The notes: generated from the sequence alone by a model not told the origin. Shown: positions 1 to 12,919, numbered from the whole stretch's first letter. The stretch is DNA of 59,066 bases, filler included, from Fonticula-like sp. SCN 57-25 (GCA_001724245.1; 4 parts of 4 records of this genome joined end to end with filler, not necessarily neighbours in it); one strand, 5' to 3'. Numbers and translations are program-made.

Positions 1-479
1 ACTCAATGACGGGAATGCTGGCAGCAGCCAAATTAAGGCCCACCGCAAGCTTGACAAAATAATGGCATGCCCCGCAGTCTAGCGAGGGATCGTGCGTGAG
101 CAACAACAATATTTAGGTAGGCCCCTGCGCGCGTACAATACGACGGCGCCGTGCGGGCGAATGGCGTGGCCTCGCTGATCAGTGCCTTGTACCATTGCCA
201 CTGTTCCGCACTAGGACGAGCGGGATCCTGGCGTACAATACTACAAGCGCATGATGAGTCTATTGGTCCTCGGCCCTGCCCTGCTTGTACGTACGAGGAC
301 AGGACGAGCATCGGGATGCGGTCTGTTGCGGGATTCAGTTGCAAAACCGCCTCGCTCGCTTCACTCGGGCCAAGACCCAATTTAATATTCGCTTCTACAA
401 TGCGGGATATGGCTTCGGCGTCGGGCGCTGCGCGGAGGCTCTGCACCAACGCCGCCATCGCGGCATTCGTTGCCGCCAT
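1..479 (-). CDS. Probable COP9 signalosome subunit 3 (CSN3), 5' part; continues off the window edge
   Basis: Removing two GTACG..AG introns gives MAATNAAMAALVQSLR...LQLNPATDRIPMLVLS...ARTAPSYYCGACHYFVKLAVGLNLAAASIPVIE. This follows the pattern of the CSN3 N-terminus (LDxxxHSLG.L ... IRYA...FAGLCH.L). The PCI domain is not in the window. Confidence 0.5.
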
Positions 480-576
480 CGCTCAACGCTGTGATGCGGT
501 GATCAAAACCTTTACCGTAATGCTGACTGTGTTTTACATCTGTCAGCTGTCGCGCGGCCCGGATCCCTTGCAAGGA

Positions 577-1279
577 ATGGAGGAGCCGTCCACTGAACAG
601 CTGTTGCGCGGTCGCACGTATACATTTGAGGCGCCGGCGGCGTCCGTGAACGCCGACGATGAAGAGTCGAGCAAGTCGTTTTTTGAAGAGTACGTTGTCG
701 CTCTTTAGTGGGCCTGGACACTGACGATCCCTTGCAGGCGGCCCAAGCTCAAGACGGCTCTCATTTGGGGCTTCTCGCTACTGACGATAGCGCTTGTGGG
801 GACAGTCGTTGCCATTTTTATTCCTCGTGCGCCTGTGATGACGCTGACCGAGAGCGTGCGGGTCAACATCACGTTGATTCCATTTTCGATCGAGACCGAG
901 GACCACTGGGTTGTCGCGAACCGTAATTTCTTTCCTGTGACCCTCGAGGTGTACCAGTACGCTGTCTACTACGAGAGTGTGCTCATAGGCGAGGGAGTCG
1001 AACTTGAACAGCCGCCGTTCCCCGCGAAAAGCGACTCGCTGGTATGGACCAGTTACTTTAATCATCGGTTTTGGCTCATCGTGTTGCTAGTTTGTCTCCC
1101 ACAAGGTCATGACGACAAATACTTCGGCGCCAGTGCTACAGTCGATGATTGAGGATTGCCAGCAGCATCAGTCGCTGCTACTGACCGTGAGGGCTGACTC
1201 TACATGGATAATCCTGGCGTCCACGAAGCGCACCCGCTCTTACGTCGACCTCACATACCCCTGCAAGATCGCCTACTAA
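577..1279 (+). CDS. TMEM106/LEA_2-like type II membrane protein (3 exons)
   Basis: Spliced product MEEPSTEQLL...ERRPKLKT-[TM: ALIWGFSLLTIALVGTVVAIFI]-PR...VANRNFFPVTL...DC...YPCKIAY*. Basic residues, a TM helix, PR and an N-x-N-F-F motif are typical of TMEM106/LEA_2 proteins. Confidence 0.65.
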
Positions 1280-1376
1280 ACGATGGACGAGGTTGCAATA
1301 GACATGTATTGCGACAAAATGTAGAATAATAACAATATGTACAATATAATTTGGTTGAAACTTTTTGAGTCGTGCA

Positions 1377-3254
1377 TCACGGGCCGGGCGCACCGGTGTT
1401 CCCCTTGGCGGCAGGTAGCGATGAAGCGCCTGTGGAGCTGCCGGGCGTGCCCGACAATGATGAAGCGTTCCCATTGCTAGCATTGGGCAGAGCAGCAAGC
1501 CCCGCCATAGCACGTTCCGTATGCAGACGCAGCTGCAGCTGCTGTTGCAAAATGCGCTCCTTTAACGACGCGTCCATAACATTCGACTTTGGCGACGAAT
1601 CGGCCACCTGGCCCTGAGCGACGCCCGGTGTGAGCGTGTAGTGCTGCTGGGGAGTTCCTGCGGGGCGCGCGGCCACCTGCACCTGCGGACGCGCCGTCAT
1701 CTGCTGCTGCAACAATTGCTGCTGCTGCTGCTGCAGACGGGCCTGGTGAAGCTGCATCTGCGACTGCTCGAGCATCCGGCGCTGCTGCTGCTGCTGCGCC
1801 TGTGCGAGCGCAGCGGGCGACATATGCTGCTGCTGCGACGCCTGGCTCGGCGTCGGCGGAGCCGGCCTGACCTGCTGCATCGTGGAAATATGCAACGGCG
1901 TCGAAGACTGCTGCGACGGCGACTGTGCCGGAGGGCGGTACGAAGCCGCCTGGGGGACAAGCCCCTGCGCACGCATGGCAGCCAGGTGCTTGGGGGGTCG
2001 CCCGGGCCCTCTCTTGAAAGGAATCTGGTCCAGCGGCGACGAATAGACGGGCTGCGCGCGGCATCACATAAGAAACATGCAAAGAAAGGTGGGAAAGCCG
2101 TACCCGCGGCGACGGCGTGGTGAGAGGCGAGGAGGAGAACCGGTGCGCGAGCGGCGACGCTTGAAGCACTTGACCAAAGATCTGCTGCTGTGACCGCTTG
2201 AAGGCCTCGTGCCGGTCCTTGTCGTCCTCGTGAATCAGGCGCTCGAGCAGCATCAATTCGTCCGCTGAACGAGCCTAGAAAAACACACAGTCAGCGTCAG
2301 GCGAAAGCAGCCGAACGGGCGCACATTCTGTTCCCGCTCCATGCAATTTTGGAATCGCTGGCGCGCAGCCTTGGCGCGCTTGCTCAATTGCTCGGCAAAA
2401 ACGTTCACTAGTAGGCGGTTAGAGAAAGGAGTCGCTACCGCGGGGGTCGTACTCTCTTTGTAGTGGTCGGCCGGCGTGATTGGCTGCAAAAAGGGATATG
2501 TATAGAGATGGTAGGGTAAAAGGCGCTCCAGCACATCGTCAAAGCTTTCGAACGGTAGCGTGTTTGGTTTCAACACGCTGCCTATGTCCAGCAGCAGCGC
2601 CTCCGTCATTCGACGCTTGGCCTCCACAAGATGACTGTACTCTTCCGTTTCGCGCTTGATGCCGCGCGCCTCGGGGATCGCCGCAGTGATGGCGGCAGCC
2701 GGGCGGGCAGCCTGCTGGTGCGAAAGCGGAAGACCCACAACACCTGGAACTGACGTTGGCCGCATTCCGGCCTGCTGCTGCGCGGCGTCCGTTGGCATCT
2801 GTCGCGCAGAGGACTCGGCCATCGAAGCGACCAGACCGGGCATCGCTGCGCTGATCGCTTCGCCCGCCGGGAGCGATGTAGCAAGAGGAATCGAAGCTGT
2901 CGACATTGGAGCAGCCGGCCGCACATACTGCTGCTGCGGCTGGATCCCAGCCGCGGCAGGGGGCCGCGCCGCCGTCACGGTCGCCAACGGCTCCATTTTG
3001 ATACCGGTCTCCAACTTGGGATTGCGCAGTTGAGCCTGCAAAAGGTCCTGCTGCAGAGCGGTAGCTGCGCTCACACCTGCTTGCGCCGAGCCCTGCATGT
3101 GCACCGGGGCAGCAGCTTGCCCGCTAGGGTCGGCTTGCACCTTCACGGCCGCAGCCAACGGCACGGTCGCATTGGGGATGGCCGTTGGCGGGTTGGGTGG
3201 TGCGGGCCCAGCCGTGGGCGCGAGGGGCACCTGGCTTTGAGGCCGCGCGTCCAG
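1377..3254 (-). CDS. GLTSCR1/BICRA-domain protein (ncBAF-type subunit) with P/A-rich N-terminus and Q-rich C-terminus; start uncertain
   Basis: Contains VLKPNTLPFESFDDVLERLLPYHLY, then a helical segment and MMLLERLIHEDDK, matching the GLTSCR1 domain signature (P..PF.S..D...RLLPYH). Several short introns. Start is either an in-frame CTG at 3254 or an ATG near 3099. Confidence 0.8.
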
Positions 3255-3631
3255 GGTGGCCGAGCTAGAGGGAAAGGTATACGAAATCGGTGCAACCTGT
3301 AAACACCGCGCTTATTTGACAAGCCTGCCAAAAATTTGAATATTCGCGGCGCTTTGGGAAACCAACGCCGTCGAACTCGCAACAAAAAAGGTCGCGCAAA
3401 AAGCGACCAAAGAGACAATTTGTGGATTTGTAAGCAGCCAATGGGCATATGAGAAAATTGCGACATCGCGTGCTCTAAGGGGGGGCTGCGTTTGTCCACC
3501 CTGAATCAGGAAAAGTATCAATCAAAAAAAGGGACCAAACCGGGGGGGTCTCTGAAGGGTGACCGGCTTGGGTGTTTATGCTTACTCTGAAATCTGGTTC
3601 AAAGCCACCTGCCCCGCGCACCGCCATCACC

Positions 3632-4741
3632 ATGGCTGACGCCCAAGCTTGGCTATGGGCGATGGTGGCGATCTTGATCGTGAGCGCGTGCGCACTGTTT
3701 GGGCCGCTGCTGGGCCCTCTGACACAGTCGCACCGCCGCGGCGGGCGCTACTTTATGGCCGCTTTCATCTCGTTAGGCGTCGGCGTATTGGTCGGCGACG
3801 CGCTCCTGCATCTCATGCCGGCTGCGTTCGGCGTTCACAACCACGATGACGGCCATGACCATGACGAAGGAGAAGGAGACGACCACGACCACGACCATGA
3901 CCACGAGCCCGTCTCGCTTACGCTGGGGCAGGTGATGGGCCTCGGTCTGACGGTCTTTGCCGGCATTTACCTGTTCTTCCTGGTGGAGAAGACGCTCTTT
4001 GCCTTCACTAGCGGTCACTCGCACGGTCACTCGCACGGAGGCGACGATAGCGAAGAACCCATTGCGCACGGTTACGCTTGCGCGCATGGTCAAGATCATG
4101 CTGCTGGGGGCGACGTCGAGCATGCGCCCAAGGCGCTCCCGAGCGAGGACACCCACCTCATTGCCAACCCGGACGCGTCGTCGAGCCAGAGGTCGCTACC
4201 CGCGCTGCATGAGCCAAAGGTCAACTCGCAGGCGTACATGGTCCTTGTGGGTGACTCGGTGCACAACCTGATCGATGGACTGGTTATTGGCATCGCCTTT
4301 TCCTCGGACCCGTACACTGGAATCAGCACCACCCTTGCGGTGGTCCTTCACGAGATCCCGCACGAGATCGGCGACTTTGCCATTCTCCTGGATTCAGGAA
4401 TGCCGTTCAAGAAGGCCTGCATTTACTCGTTGATTAGCCAGCTTACCGCTTTCTTTGGCGGCGCTTGCGGCGTCGGGCTGGGCGAGATCGGCGGCGTGCA
4501 GCCCTACCTTTTGGCCCTCACTGCAGGCATGTTCCTGTACCTCGGTCTCGTCGACTTGGTACGCCTATCCTCGTGCACGACTGGTGTTTTACTCATTGCT
4601 ATGTCTCTTTTCCAGTTGCCTGAACTGGCACACAATAACAAGCGCGATTCTTACATGATGATGTTTGTTCGCCACGCGGGCTTGCTTCTGGGAGTCGGGC
4701 TAATGTGTGTCGTGCTGTACGTAGAAGAGCAGTTTGCTTGA
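3632..4741 (+). CDS. ZIP/SLC39 zinc transporter, LIV-1 subfamily
   Basis: Motifs GDALLHLMP, His-rich loops, [24 protein letters not shown] and AGMFLY. One in-frame 57-nt intron at 4559-4615. Confidence 0.95.
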   Translation: MADAQAWLWAMVAILIVSACALFGPLLGPLTQSHRRGGRYFMAAFISLGVGVLVGDALLHLMPAAFGVHNHDDGHDHDEGEGDDHDHDHDHEPVSLTLGQVMGLGLTVFAGIYLFFLVEKTLFAFTSGHSHGHSHGGDDSEEPIAHGYACAHGQDHAAGGDVEHAPKALPSEDTHLIANPDASSSQRSLPALHEPKVNSQAYMVLVGDSVHNLIDGLVIGIAFSSDPYTGISTTLAVVLHEIPHEIGDFAILLDSGMPFKKACIYSLISQLTAFFGGACGVGLGEIGGVQPYLLALTAGMFLYLGLVDLVRLSSCTTGVLLIAMSLFQLPELAHNNKRDSYMMMFVRHAGLLLGVGLMCVVLYVEEQFA

Positions 4742-4869
4742 GAATCCATACATGATGTGTAAATTATTTCGTTCTGTTGTCTCGCAGTGTTGGAATGCTT
4801 AATTTTTACTATATATTTCAATACGTATCAACATAATAGACTCGGTTTCGATATGATGTTGCGCCCCAT

Positions 4870-6049
4870 TTAAGGCGACGTCGAGGGGGCAATGACAATG
4901 GGGGAGTAGGTGAAGAACACAAACTTGAACGTGAGCGCGAGGCCCAGGTGCAAAAGCGCCATGGTGATAATGACCGGGACGCCCACGCGCTTGTCACCGG
5001 CCTTGAGCACCGGCCACATGTTGATGGTCAGGAAGAGCGCTGAAGAAAGGTGAGCGATGAGCAAGTCAAAATAAATAGGAAACGCACTGGAAAGAGCAAA
5101 GGCAAACATGGAAAACGCCCATTTGACGGATTCGTAGGGGGCGACGCAGATGATCTACGCTGCGATTAGCATGCGAATGCAACTAGCGTCAAGGTCGTAC
5201 AGAGATCGGGATGAAGATGGTGAGCGAATAGCCATAGAGGCAGGTGATCTCAAGGAAGCTGAGCGGGAAGCGGTAGTAGCGCAGGAGAAGCCAGAGAAGA
5301 AGAGAAAAGCCAAACGTGTAGGCGTAGACCACAGAGGCCGCGACGGTCATCTGGGTAAAATCGGGCTCAAACGGCGTCCCGGTCTCGTAGGCGGTGACCG
5401 ACTTTGCCAGGTTACCTGTGACGAAAAGAATAAAGACAACAGTGGTTGCAATCCAGAAAGGACCGTAAAGGTCGGCATTTGGGCTCACCGAGTCGAAGAA
5501 CGTGGGCTTGATCGGGAGCAATGACAGACGCATGCGGTACAGGACCTTTTCGTGCGTGCATCAGTATCAGCGGGGCCGAGAAAGTACTAAATAACGAACC
5601 TGCGGCGTGTCAACATCGAAAAAGCGCCTGTAATATTCTATCGTGTAGAAAGGCTGGTTGGCACCGGCGGCCGCGGTGCTCTCTGAGGCATTGCCATTCG
5701 GGTTAAGCGCCGCAGTGTCGGACCAGTCCTCAGCTAGGAATCCCCGCAAATTAAGCCAAACTGCAACGGTGTAAAGGAGAAGGTTCACACGCACCTTCTT
5801 GTGTGTGTGTGGTATATTGCGAGGCCTTTGGCGTCGAGGGCGTTTGGCTCAGGTTGAAATCTGTTAACCGTGGGCGTTGGTATCAAACCGAGACGAGATC
5901 TCTGACGTACTCTGAAACTCGAGGTCATTGTCCTGCTCACTCGGCCCCTCGGAGAAATCCTAACATAGCAAACAAAGGTTAGCCAATGTCGCAAACATAT
6001 GTCAAGCTCGATTGCGCACCAGCAGCGCATCCTGCTGCTTCGAGTCCAT
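4870..6049 (-). CDS. Yip1-domain protein (YIPF1/2-like)
   Basis: Spliced product MDSKQQDALLDFS...DLEFQ...FYTIEYYRRFFDVDT...PNADLYGPFWIATT...CLYGYSL.IFIP, with multiple TM segments. Confidence 0.9.
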
Positions 6050-6239
6050 GGCGCCCTGTGATGTCGTGGCGGCAAGAAACTTGTGTGGTTTCCCACAACC
6101 CTGTCACAATAGAAGCTCAAGTTGCACCTGATTGGCCGGTGCAAGTTTACAAATCTTACGAACCAATCTTTTTTCTTGAACCTGAATCAAGGCTCTCGCC
6201 ACTTGTGTTGGTGTCTCCCGGTCGAGTAGAAAGGGAGCC

Positions 6240-7885
6240 ATGGTCGCGTCGGCGGTTTTCATCCTTGATCTGAAGGGCAAGGTGCTCATCAGCCGCAACT
6301 ACCGCGGCGATGTCCCCATGACCGCGGTCGACAAGTTCGTGCCGATGGTCCTTGAGGTGCGTGTGTTTGCGCTTTGCACTCGTCACTGACTCTTTTGCCC
6401 TGGCTCAGTCGGATGACGAGGACGTGCACCCGATCCTGGAGGTCGACGGCGTCCACTACATTTACATCAAGCACAGCAACCTTTATTGTACGCGCCTCCA
6501 TGTGCTGTTACTTGCGGGCCGCTAACCCGCCGTAGTGCTCGCTCTGACGAGGCGCAACACCAACGCGGCGTCGCTGCTGGTCTACCTGCACAAGATGCGC
6601 CAGGTGTTTGAGGAGTACTTTAAGGATCTCCAGGAGGAGAGTATTAGGGACAATTTTGTCATCATTTACGAATTGCTGGACGAAATGATGGACTTTGGCT
6701 ACCCGCAGTTCACCGAGAGCAAAATCCTTCGCGAGTACATTACGCAAGAGTCGCACAAGCTCGACATTGCGACGCGCCCGCCGATGGCCGTCACCAATGC
6801 CGTCTCGTGGCGCCCCGAGGGCATTAAGCACCGCAAGAATGAGGTGTTTTTGGACGTTGTCGAGTCGGTCAACATGCTCGTCAACCCCGATGGTAATGTG
6901 CTCCGGTCCGAGATTCTCGGTGCCGTCAAGATGCGCGTCTTCCTTTCTGGCATGCCCGAGCTCAGGTTGGGCCTCAACGACAAGGTTCTCTTTGAGAGCA
7001 CCGGCCGCAGTACGCCGCTACTATGCCCATTTGTTCCCGATCTCACCGTTGTTGTGTTGCAGCCAAGGGCAAGGCCGTAGAGATGGAGGATGTAAAGTTC
7101 CACCAGTGCGTGCGTCTTTCTCGCTTCGAGACGGACCGCACCATTTCTTTCATCCCTCCGGACGGCGAGTTTGAGCTCATGTCCTACCGCCTCAACACCC
7201 AGGTCAAGCCGCTCATCTACGTGGAGTCGATCGTCGAAAACTTTTCCAACACCCGTATGGAGTACATGATCAAGGTGCGCTAGCTATCCATACCCTCTCT
7301 CAGTGCATTGACGCCCGTGCGCATAGGCCAAGGGCCAATTCAAGCGCCGCTCCACGGCAAACAACGTAGAGATCATCATCCCGGTCCCCGAGGATGCCGA
7401 CACGCCAAAGTTCAAGACGAGCGTCGGCACTGCGCGGTATGCCCCGGAGAAGAATGCCATCGTCTGGACGATCAAGCAGTTCCCCGGCGGCCGCGAGTTT
7501 TTGATGCGCGCCCATTTCGGTCTTCCCTCCGTCCGTCGTGGTACGCGCCATCACAGCTATTCCGCTTGCACAAGCTAACCGCAGATGCTTTGCTAGGCGA
7601 GGATATCAACAAGAAGCGCCCCATCGCAGTCAAGTTTGAGATTCCGTACTTTACGACGTCGGGCATCCAGGTCCGCTACCTCAAGATCGTTGAGAGCAGC
7701 AACTACCAGGCGCTACCGTGGGTTCGCTACATTACACAAAACGGCGGTGCGTGATCCAAATGAGCCCATGGTTGACTGACATTACCTCACTAGACTATGA
7801 GCTGCGTATGCCGGAGCCGGTCCCTGGAGGCTCTGCCCGCCCCGACTTTGCGTACGCCCTTTCCACGTTTGCCCCTGTTGTCTGA
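6240..7885 (+). CDS. AP1M1: AP-1 complex mu subunit
   Basis: Motifs MVASAVFILDLKGKVLISRNYRGD, EESIRDNFVIIYELLDEMMDFGYPQ, SWRPEGIKHRKNEVFLD, KFEIPYFTTSGIQVRYLK and YQALPWVRYITQNGDYELRM. Multiple short introns. Confidence 0.95.
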
Positions 7886-8379
7886 CTCGGTCGTCGATAG
7901 GTCATTGAGTTAATTCTCATGTCGCGTTTGCGTCATTGTGTCTAGCACGGTTGTTCTTTTTATCTCTTAATTTGTTTCCACTCGGATACCTCTTTTATTC
8001 CTACGCTTTTTCATAAAAACCCCTCACTTGACGCCCGTTTTACCCCAAATCGATCGAACTGGCGTGACGTCACTGACGACGTCATTATCATTCCAGCAAA
8101 ATCTGAATCGACCAATGGCGTGACAGCTTCCCTTTGCTTCATTCCTAAACAACCCAAAGACACACACAAAGCGGTGCAAGACAAAGGTAAGCTGGACACC
8201 AATTGACCTCTGTTTATTCTTTTGGTGAACCAGGCCTGCTCCTGTCTAAATCAATTTTCGTTGCGTGTACTTTCGAATAACGGCGAAAGTGCGACAGCCG
8301 CTTGGCGGGTGATCGATTCGCGACAGTTTTTGTTTTCGTCTGTTTTTCTGCATCCGGCTGCAGGGAGCCTGCTCATCTC

Positions 8380-11300
8380 ATGTCACTTATGCGCAAGTTG
8401 AGCACGCGAAACGCTGTACGCACCCCCGCCTTGCTTCTATCTTTTTTGTCCCTCTGGGAACGACCGGTTTACTGATGCCGATCCGTTCTTGCTTGTGATT
8501 AGCAGAAGGGCGACGATATGCCGCCTCCGGCGCAGCCCGCTGCGGGGAAAGATAAGGACCCCGGGCCAGCTGGATCCAGCTCGTCGTCGTCGCTTTCGTC
8601 GCGCGGGACGATTAGGCGCACTGCGCTTGGCGCCTTTGGGGTTGGCCAGCCCAAGGACATGTACGCCGCCCTGTCCCTGATGCCTCGTTGTAACCTCCCC
8701 TTGTTTTGCGCAGTGGTAAGCCGACGGCCGCGCCTCCGGCCAAGCTTCCGCAGGCGATGCCCGAGGAGGGGACCCTTAACACGCTGCTCGACCAAGTGAT
8801 GGTACGCTTGGATCGCTTGCAGCCTGCATGGTCTGACGTGATTTGCAGGAAACGATCGGTCTCGAGGAAGTGCAGCGCAGCAAGCTTCGCGTTGCGCCGA
8901 AGGAGGTCAAGTGGCAGCTGATCGTGTCGCACCAGCAAGTGCTTGAGGCTGCTGTGCGTTTTGTTTTCTTCTTTGTACGATTACTGACGCGATCCGCTTA
9001 GCACAAGAAAAGCGAAACCGGCGAGAGCAAGCAGTCGCCCGAGTACTTTATCTCCAAGCTTCAGCGCAAGCAGGCAGAAGCGCGCCACCTCGTCACTCTG
9101 CGCGTGTGCCTTCAGACGAATCCTGTCGGGTACGCTAGGCGTGTTTTTTCTTTGGCTCGTCCGCTGACTCTGCTGCTTCAGCTGGCTCGTCAACTTCCTC
9201 AAGAATGGCGGTCTCGAGCATCTGCTGGACTCGATCCTGGACTGCGACGCAAAGGTCAACAAGTACGTTGCGGCTGTCGCGCTTGCGCAGATGTTTAACT
9301 TTTGTGGCGTTAATAGAAAGAAGGAGGATGTCGAGTTCCAGCACGACCTCGTGCGGTGTATGCGTACCCTGCTCAACAACAAGAACGCGATGCAGGCGGT
9401 GCTTGCGCACCCGTCGGCCGTCAACATCATGTCGCTCATGCTCGCGTCCAACAACTTGAGTGACCGCCGCCTCATGCTTGAAATGCTGTCTGGTATCATC
9501 GTCATTGACAAGTCTGGCCACGAGAAGGTTATCAAGGGTGCGCTAGTGATGTTTCATTATGGCGGCGAAAACTGACACGACTGCGCAGCAATGGACTACT
9601 TCCGCGAGATGAAGAAGGAGGACCGCCGCTTCCGCACGATTGTGAACAACATTGGCACGTACTGCGACTCGGTTGTTGACAAGGAGCAGCTCGACTTTTT
9701 GGTGCGCTCAGCTCCGCTAGCACACTCAGGTTTCCTAACAAACGTGCCGCGTGCTGTGTTTTATTAGAACATGTCGCTGATTTTCATCAACACGCTCATC
9801 TCGGGCGCCGACGACATCGATATGCGTATCCACATCCGTAACGAGTTCTTTGCCAATGAGCTGCTTCACATGCTCAAGGTGCGTTCCACTGCAGCCTTGC
9901 TCTCCTGTTGCTCATCCGTATTTTGTGTGCCTTAGAAAATGAAAAAGATGGACGCCGCTCCTCTTGGGAAACAGATCAGCAACTTTGAGGAAGAGATGAC
10001 GGGCGACTATGAGGAGCTGCTGGACTACTTCAAGCAGCTTCGTCTTGATCTCAAGTACGAAGCAGCTGCTGGCCTGGTCGCATTTTCTAACGTGCTCCAA
10101 TAGCGATCCTGACCAGGTATGGAAGACCCTCAAGGAGTCGGTCATCAATACACCGTCCGAGGCGCCCTTCCTGGCCGTCATGCAGCACTTTTTGATCATC
10201 CGCAAGCCCCCGGAGATTCAGTACGATTTTTATTTCCGTCCCATTCATCTTGCTCACACATGATCCAGGGTGCAATATTGGCGTCTTATTGAGCAGGTCA
10301 TGTCGCAAATCCTGCTCGACGGCAAGGGTATGGACCCCAACTTTTATGGGCGGTACAAGATCAAGGTGGACGACATCATCAAGGGCTTTGTCGAAAAGGA
10401 CAAGGTTCGTTGGCGACTCTATGCAAGTGACCCGCGCTAACTTGCCGCCCCTCAACAGTACAAGCAGATGGAAGCCGATGTCAAGGACGCCAAGGTCAAG
10501 TACGACCAGGCGCTGCGGGAAAAGGACAAGATCGACAATGAGTGGTCGGACGCGTTCGGTACGCTGGCTCTTTCTCGCTCTAAGTAAACGCGGGTCTAAC
10601 CGATGGTTGCTTGCAGAGGCTATGAAGGCCGAGTTCACCAAGCGCATTGCGACCATGGAGGCGAACGGTGGCGGCGGCGGAGGCGACGTGCGTTTCACGA
10701 TTGTTTATATCGACCCTGCCCGCTGACCTTTTCTTTGCAGTCTGGCGCTTCCATCGCCGAGTCGAACCTCCTCAAGTCGATAGTCGCGCTGTTCAAGGAC
10801 GGCAAGGCCGACGAGGCGAACGAGCTGATCAAGAAGGAGAATGTGTCGCTTGTCATTCTCCCGACGCGTACGCGCCTGGCTCGCACTCGCGGCATATTGG
10901 CTAACTTTCCACTTTAGCCGACTCGATCAAGACGCCTGTCACTGGTGGTCCACCGCCGCCCCCGCCCGGTGGTGGCCCGCCGCCGCCGCCCCCGCCGCCG
11001 CCCGGAGGTTTTGGTGGGCCGCCGCCGCCGCCTCCGCCGCCGGGTATCCCTGGCGCCCCGCCGCCGCCTGGCCTTGCTCGTACGCTTTCGTGCGCCCTAT
11101 CGCCTCTTGCTAACTGTCGTGTTCCCCTGCAGCGGCCGTCAAGAAGTTTGGCCCCAAGCAGAAGATGCGCCAGTTCCACTGGGACAAGCTGCCCGACGCG
11201 ATGACCAAGGGCACCTTCTGGGCCAACAAGAAGGGAGACCCCGAGAACTACCGCAAGGTGGTCGACTTCCAGGAGTTCGAGGAGACCTTCCTTTCCAAGG

Positions 11301-12919
11301 CGCCGCTCAACAAGGACAACGGTACGTTTCCTTTGTTGAAGGGGGTCGAGCTGGTTGCTTACTTGCTGTTGGCAACGATTAGGCGCCGCCCTGGAGAAGA
11401 AGAAGAAGCCGGAAGCGATCTCTGTGCTCGACTCGAAGCGCTCGTACAATTGCTCCATCATGTTGGGTATGCTAAAGATGGAGTACTCTGCGATACGAAA
11501 GGCGATCATGTCTGTCAACGACGACGTGCTGTCGGACAACCTGCTGAGCCAGCTGCTCAACTACATCCCGACGCCCGAGGAGGAGAAGGCACTCGAGCCG
11601 TTCAGCAAGAACCCCGCGCAGCTCGCCAGCGCCGACCAGTTCTTTGTCGAGATCCTTCAGATCCCTCGCTACGAGCAGCGCCTCCGCGCCCTTGCGTTCC
11701 GCAAGACGCTCTCCGACAAGCTGCTCGACATTCGTCCTGTGCGTATTTACCTTGCTGGCTGTTACCTTGCTTACCTCGTGGCTTTAGCAACTCGAGTCGG
11801 TCGTCAAGGCCTGCCGCGCGGTCAAGGGCAGCACCGCCTTTGCGCGCTTCCTCGAGCTCATCCTCGCGCTGGGTAACTTTATGAACAGCGGGACGGCCAA
11901 GGGCAACGCGGCCGGCTTTAAGCTGTCGAGCATTCTCAAGGTACGCTGACACTGCCTGTTTTGCTCTGACTTCTCACGCCTCGCGCGCGATTAGCTGGGC
12001 GACACCAAGTCGACCAACAATGCGACGACGCTTCTGCACTACATCGTGACGATGGTGGAGAACAAGTTCCCCGACATGATGGTGATGGTGCAGGAGCTGA
12101 ACGAAGTTGATGCCGCCACCAAGCGTACGCATTCTTTTTGCTCGCCCCTAGCGGCTAACCGACGCTCGATATAGTCACGTTCAGCGTGCTGATGGGGGAC
12201 ATCAACGATATCCGCAGGAATCTCCGCGTCGTCGAGACCGAGCTGGAGAAGGCGACCGCGACAAACGTCGCCGGAGACAATTTCGCCAAGGTCTTCAAGG
12301 TGCGCTCGACGCTTGCTTGGTGCGTGTCGGTCGTTTCTCACCGTACTGTAGCCCTTCTTTGCCGGCGCCAAGAGCGATATGGACGAGCTGGACCGCAAGG
12401 CGAAGCGCGTCGATGAGTACTACAAGGAGCTCCTGCAGATGTTTGCCGAGGACGAGAAGACGCAGCCCGAGGACTTTTTCAAGATTATCCTGCAGTTTGC
12501 CACCAACTTTACTGTACGGATTTACTCTCTCTGCTGTGCCGGTGTGCTCATACTTTGGCGTACAGCAAGCGCAGACGGACATCAAGCACCGCCAGGAGGC
12601 CGCGATTGCCAAGGAGAAGCGCCAGCAGGCGCAGGAGGAGAAGGAGGCTCGCCGCAAGGAGCGCACTGAGCGCCAGGTCGTCCCGAACCTCTCCGAGGCG
12701 CAGGACGACGACAAGAACCTCCTCGACGGCATTCTGCAGACGCTCGCGTCGGGAGACGCGTTCGCCAGCAAAAAGTCGCGCCGTCGCCACGAGAACCACG
12801 AGGACGGCGACGATCTTGCCAGTACGCTTGATTTTTGAATTGGAATGCGCGGTTGCTAACATGTGTCGCTGCGCGCAGTCAATGTGGCGGACATGCTCAG
12901 TACTCTGAACGACTACTAA
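8380..12919 (+). CDS. Diaphanous-related formin (GBD/FH3-FH1-FH2-DAD)
   Basis: GBD/FH3 (KWQLIV, LRVCLQTNPVGW, CMRTLLNNK), polyproline FH1 (~10946-11070), FH2 (MRQFHWDKL, LDSKRSYNCSI, LALGNFMNSG, GFKLSSILKL.DTKS) and DAD (LLDGILQTLASGDAF...RRR). More than 20 short introns. Confidence 0.95.

Noticed and set aside
10901-11560. Gly-rich minus-strand ORF, and the many other long antisense ORFs
   Set aside because: These are shadows of the formin FH1/FH2 and other GC-rich coding strands, with no independent motifs.
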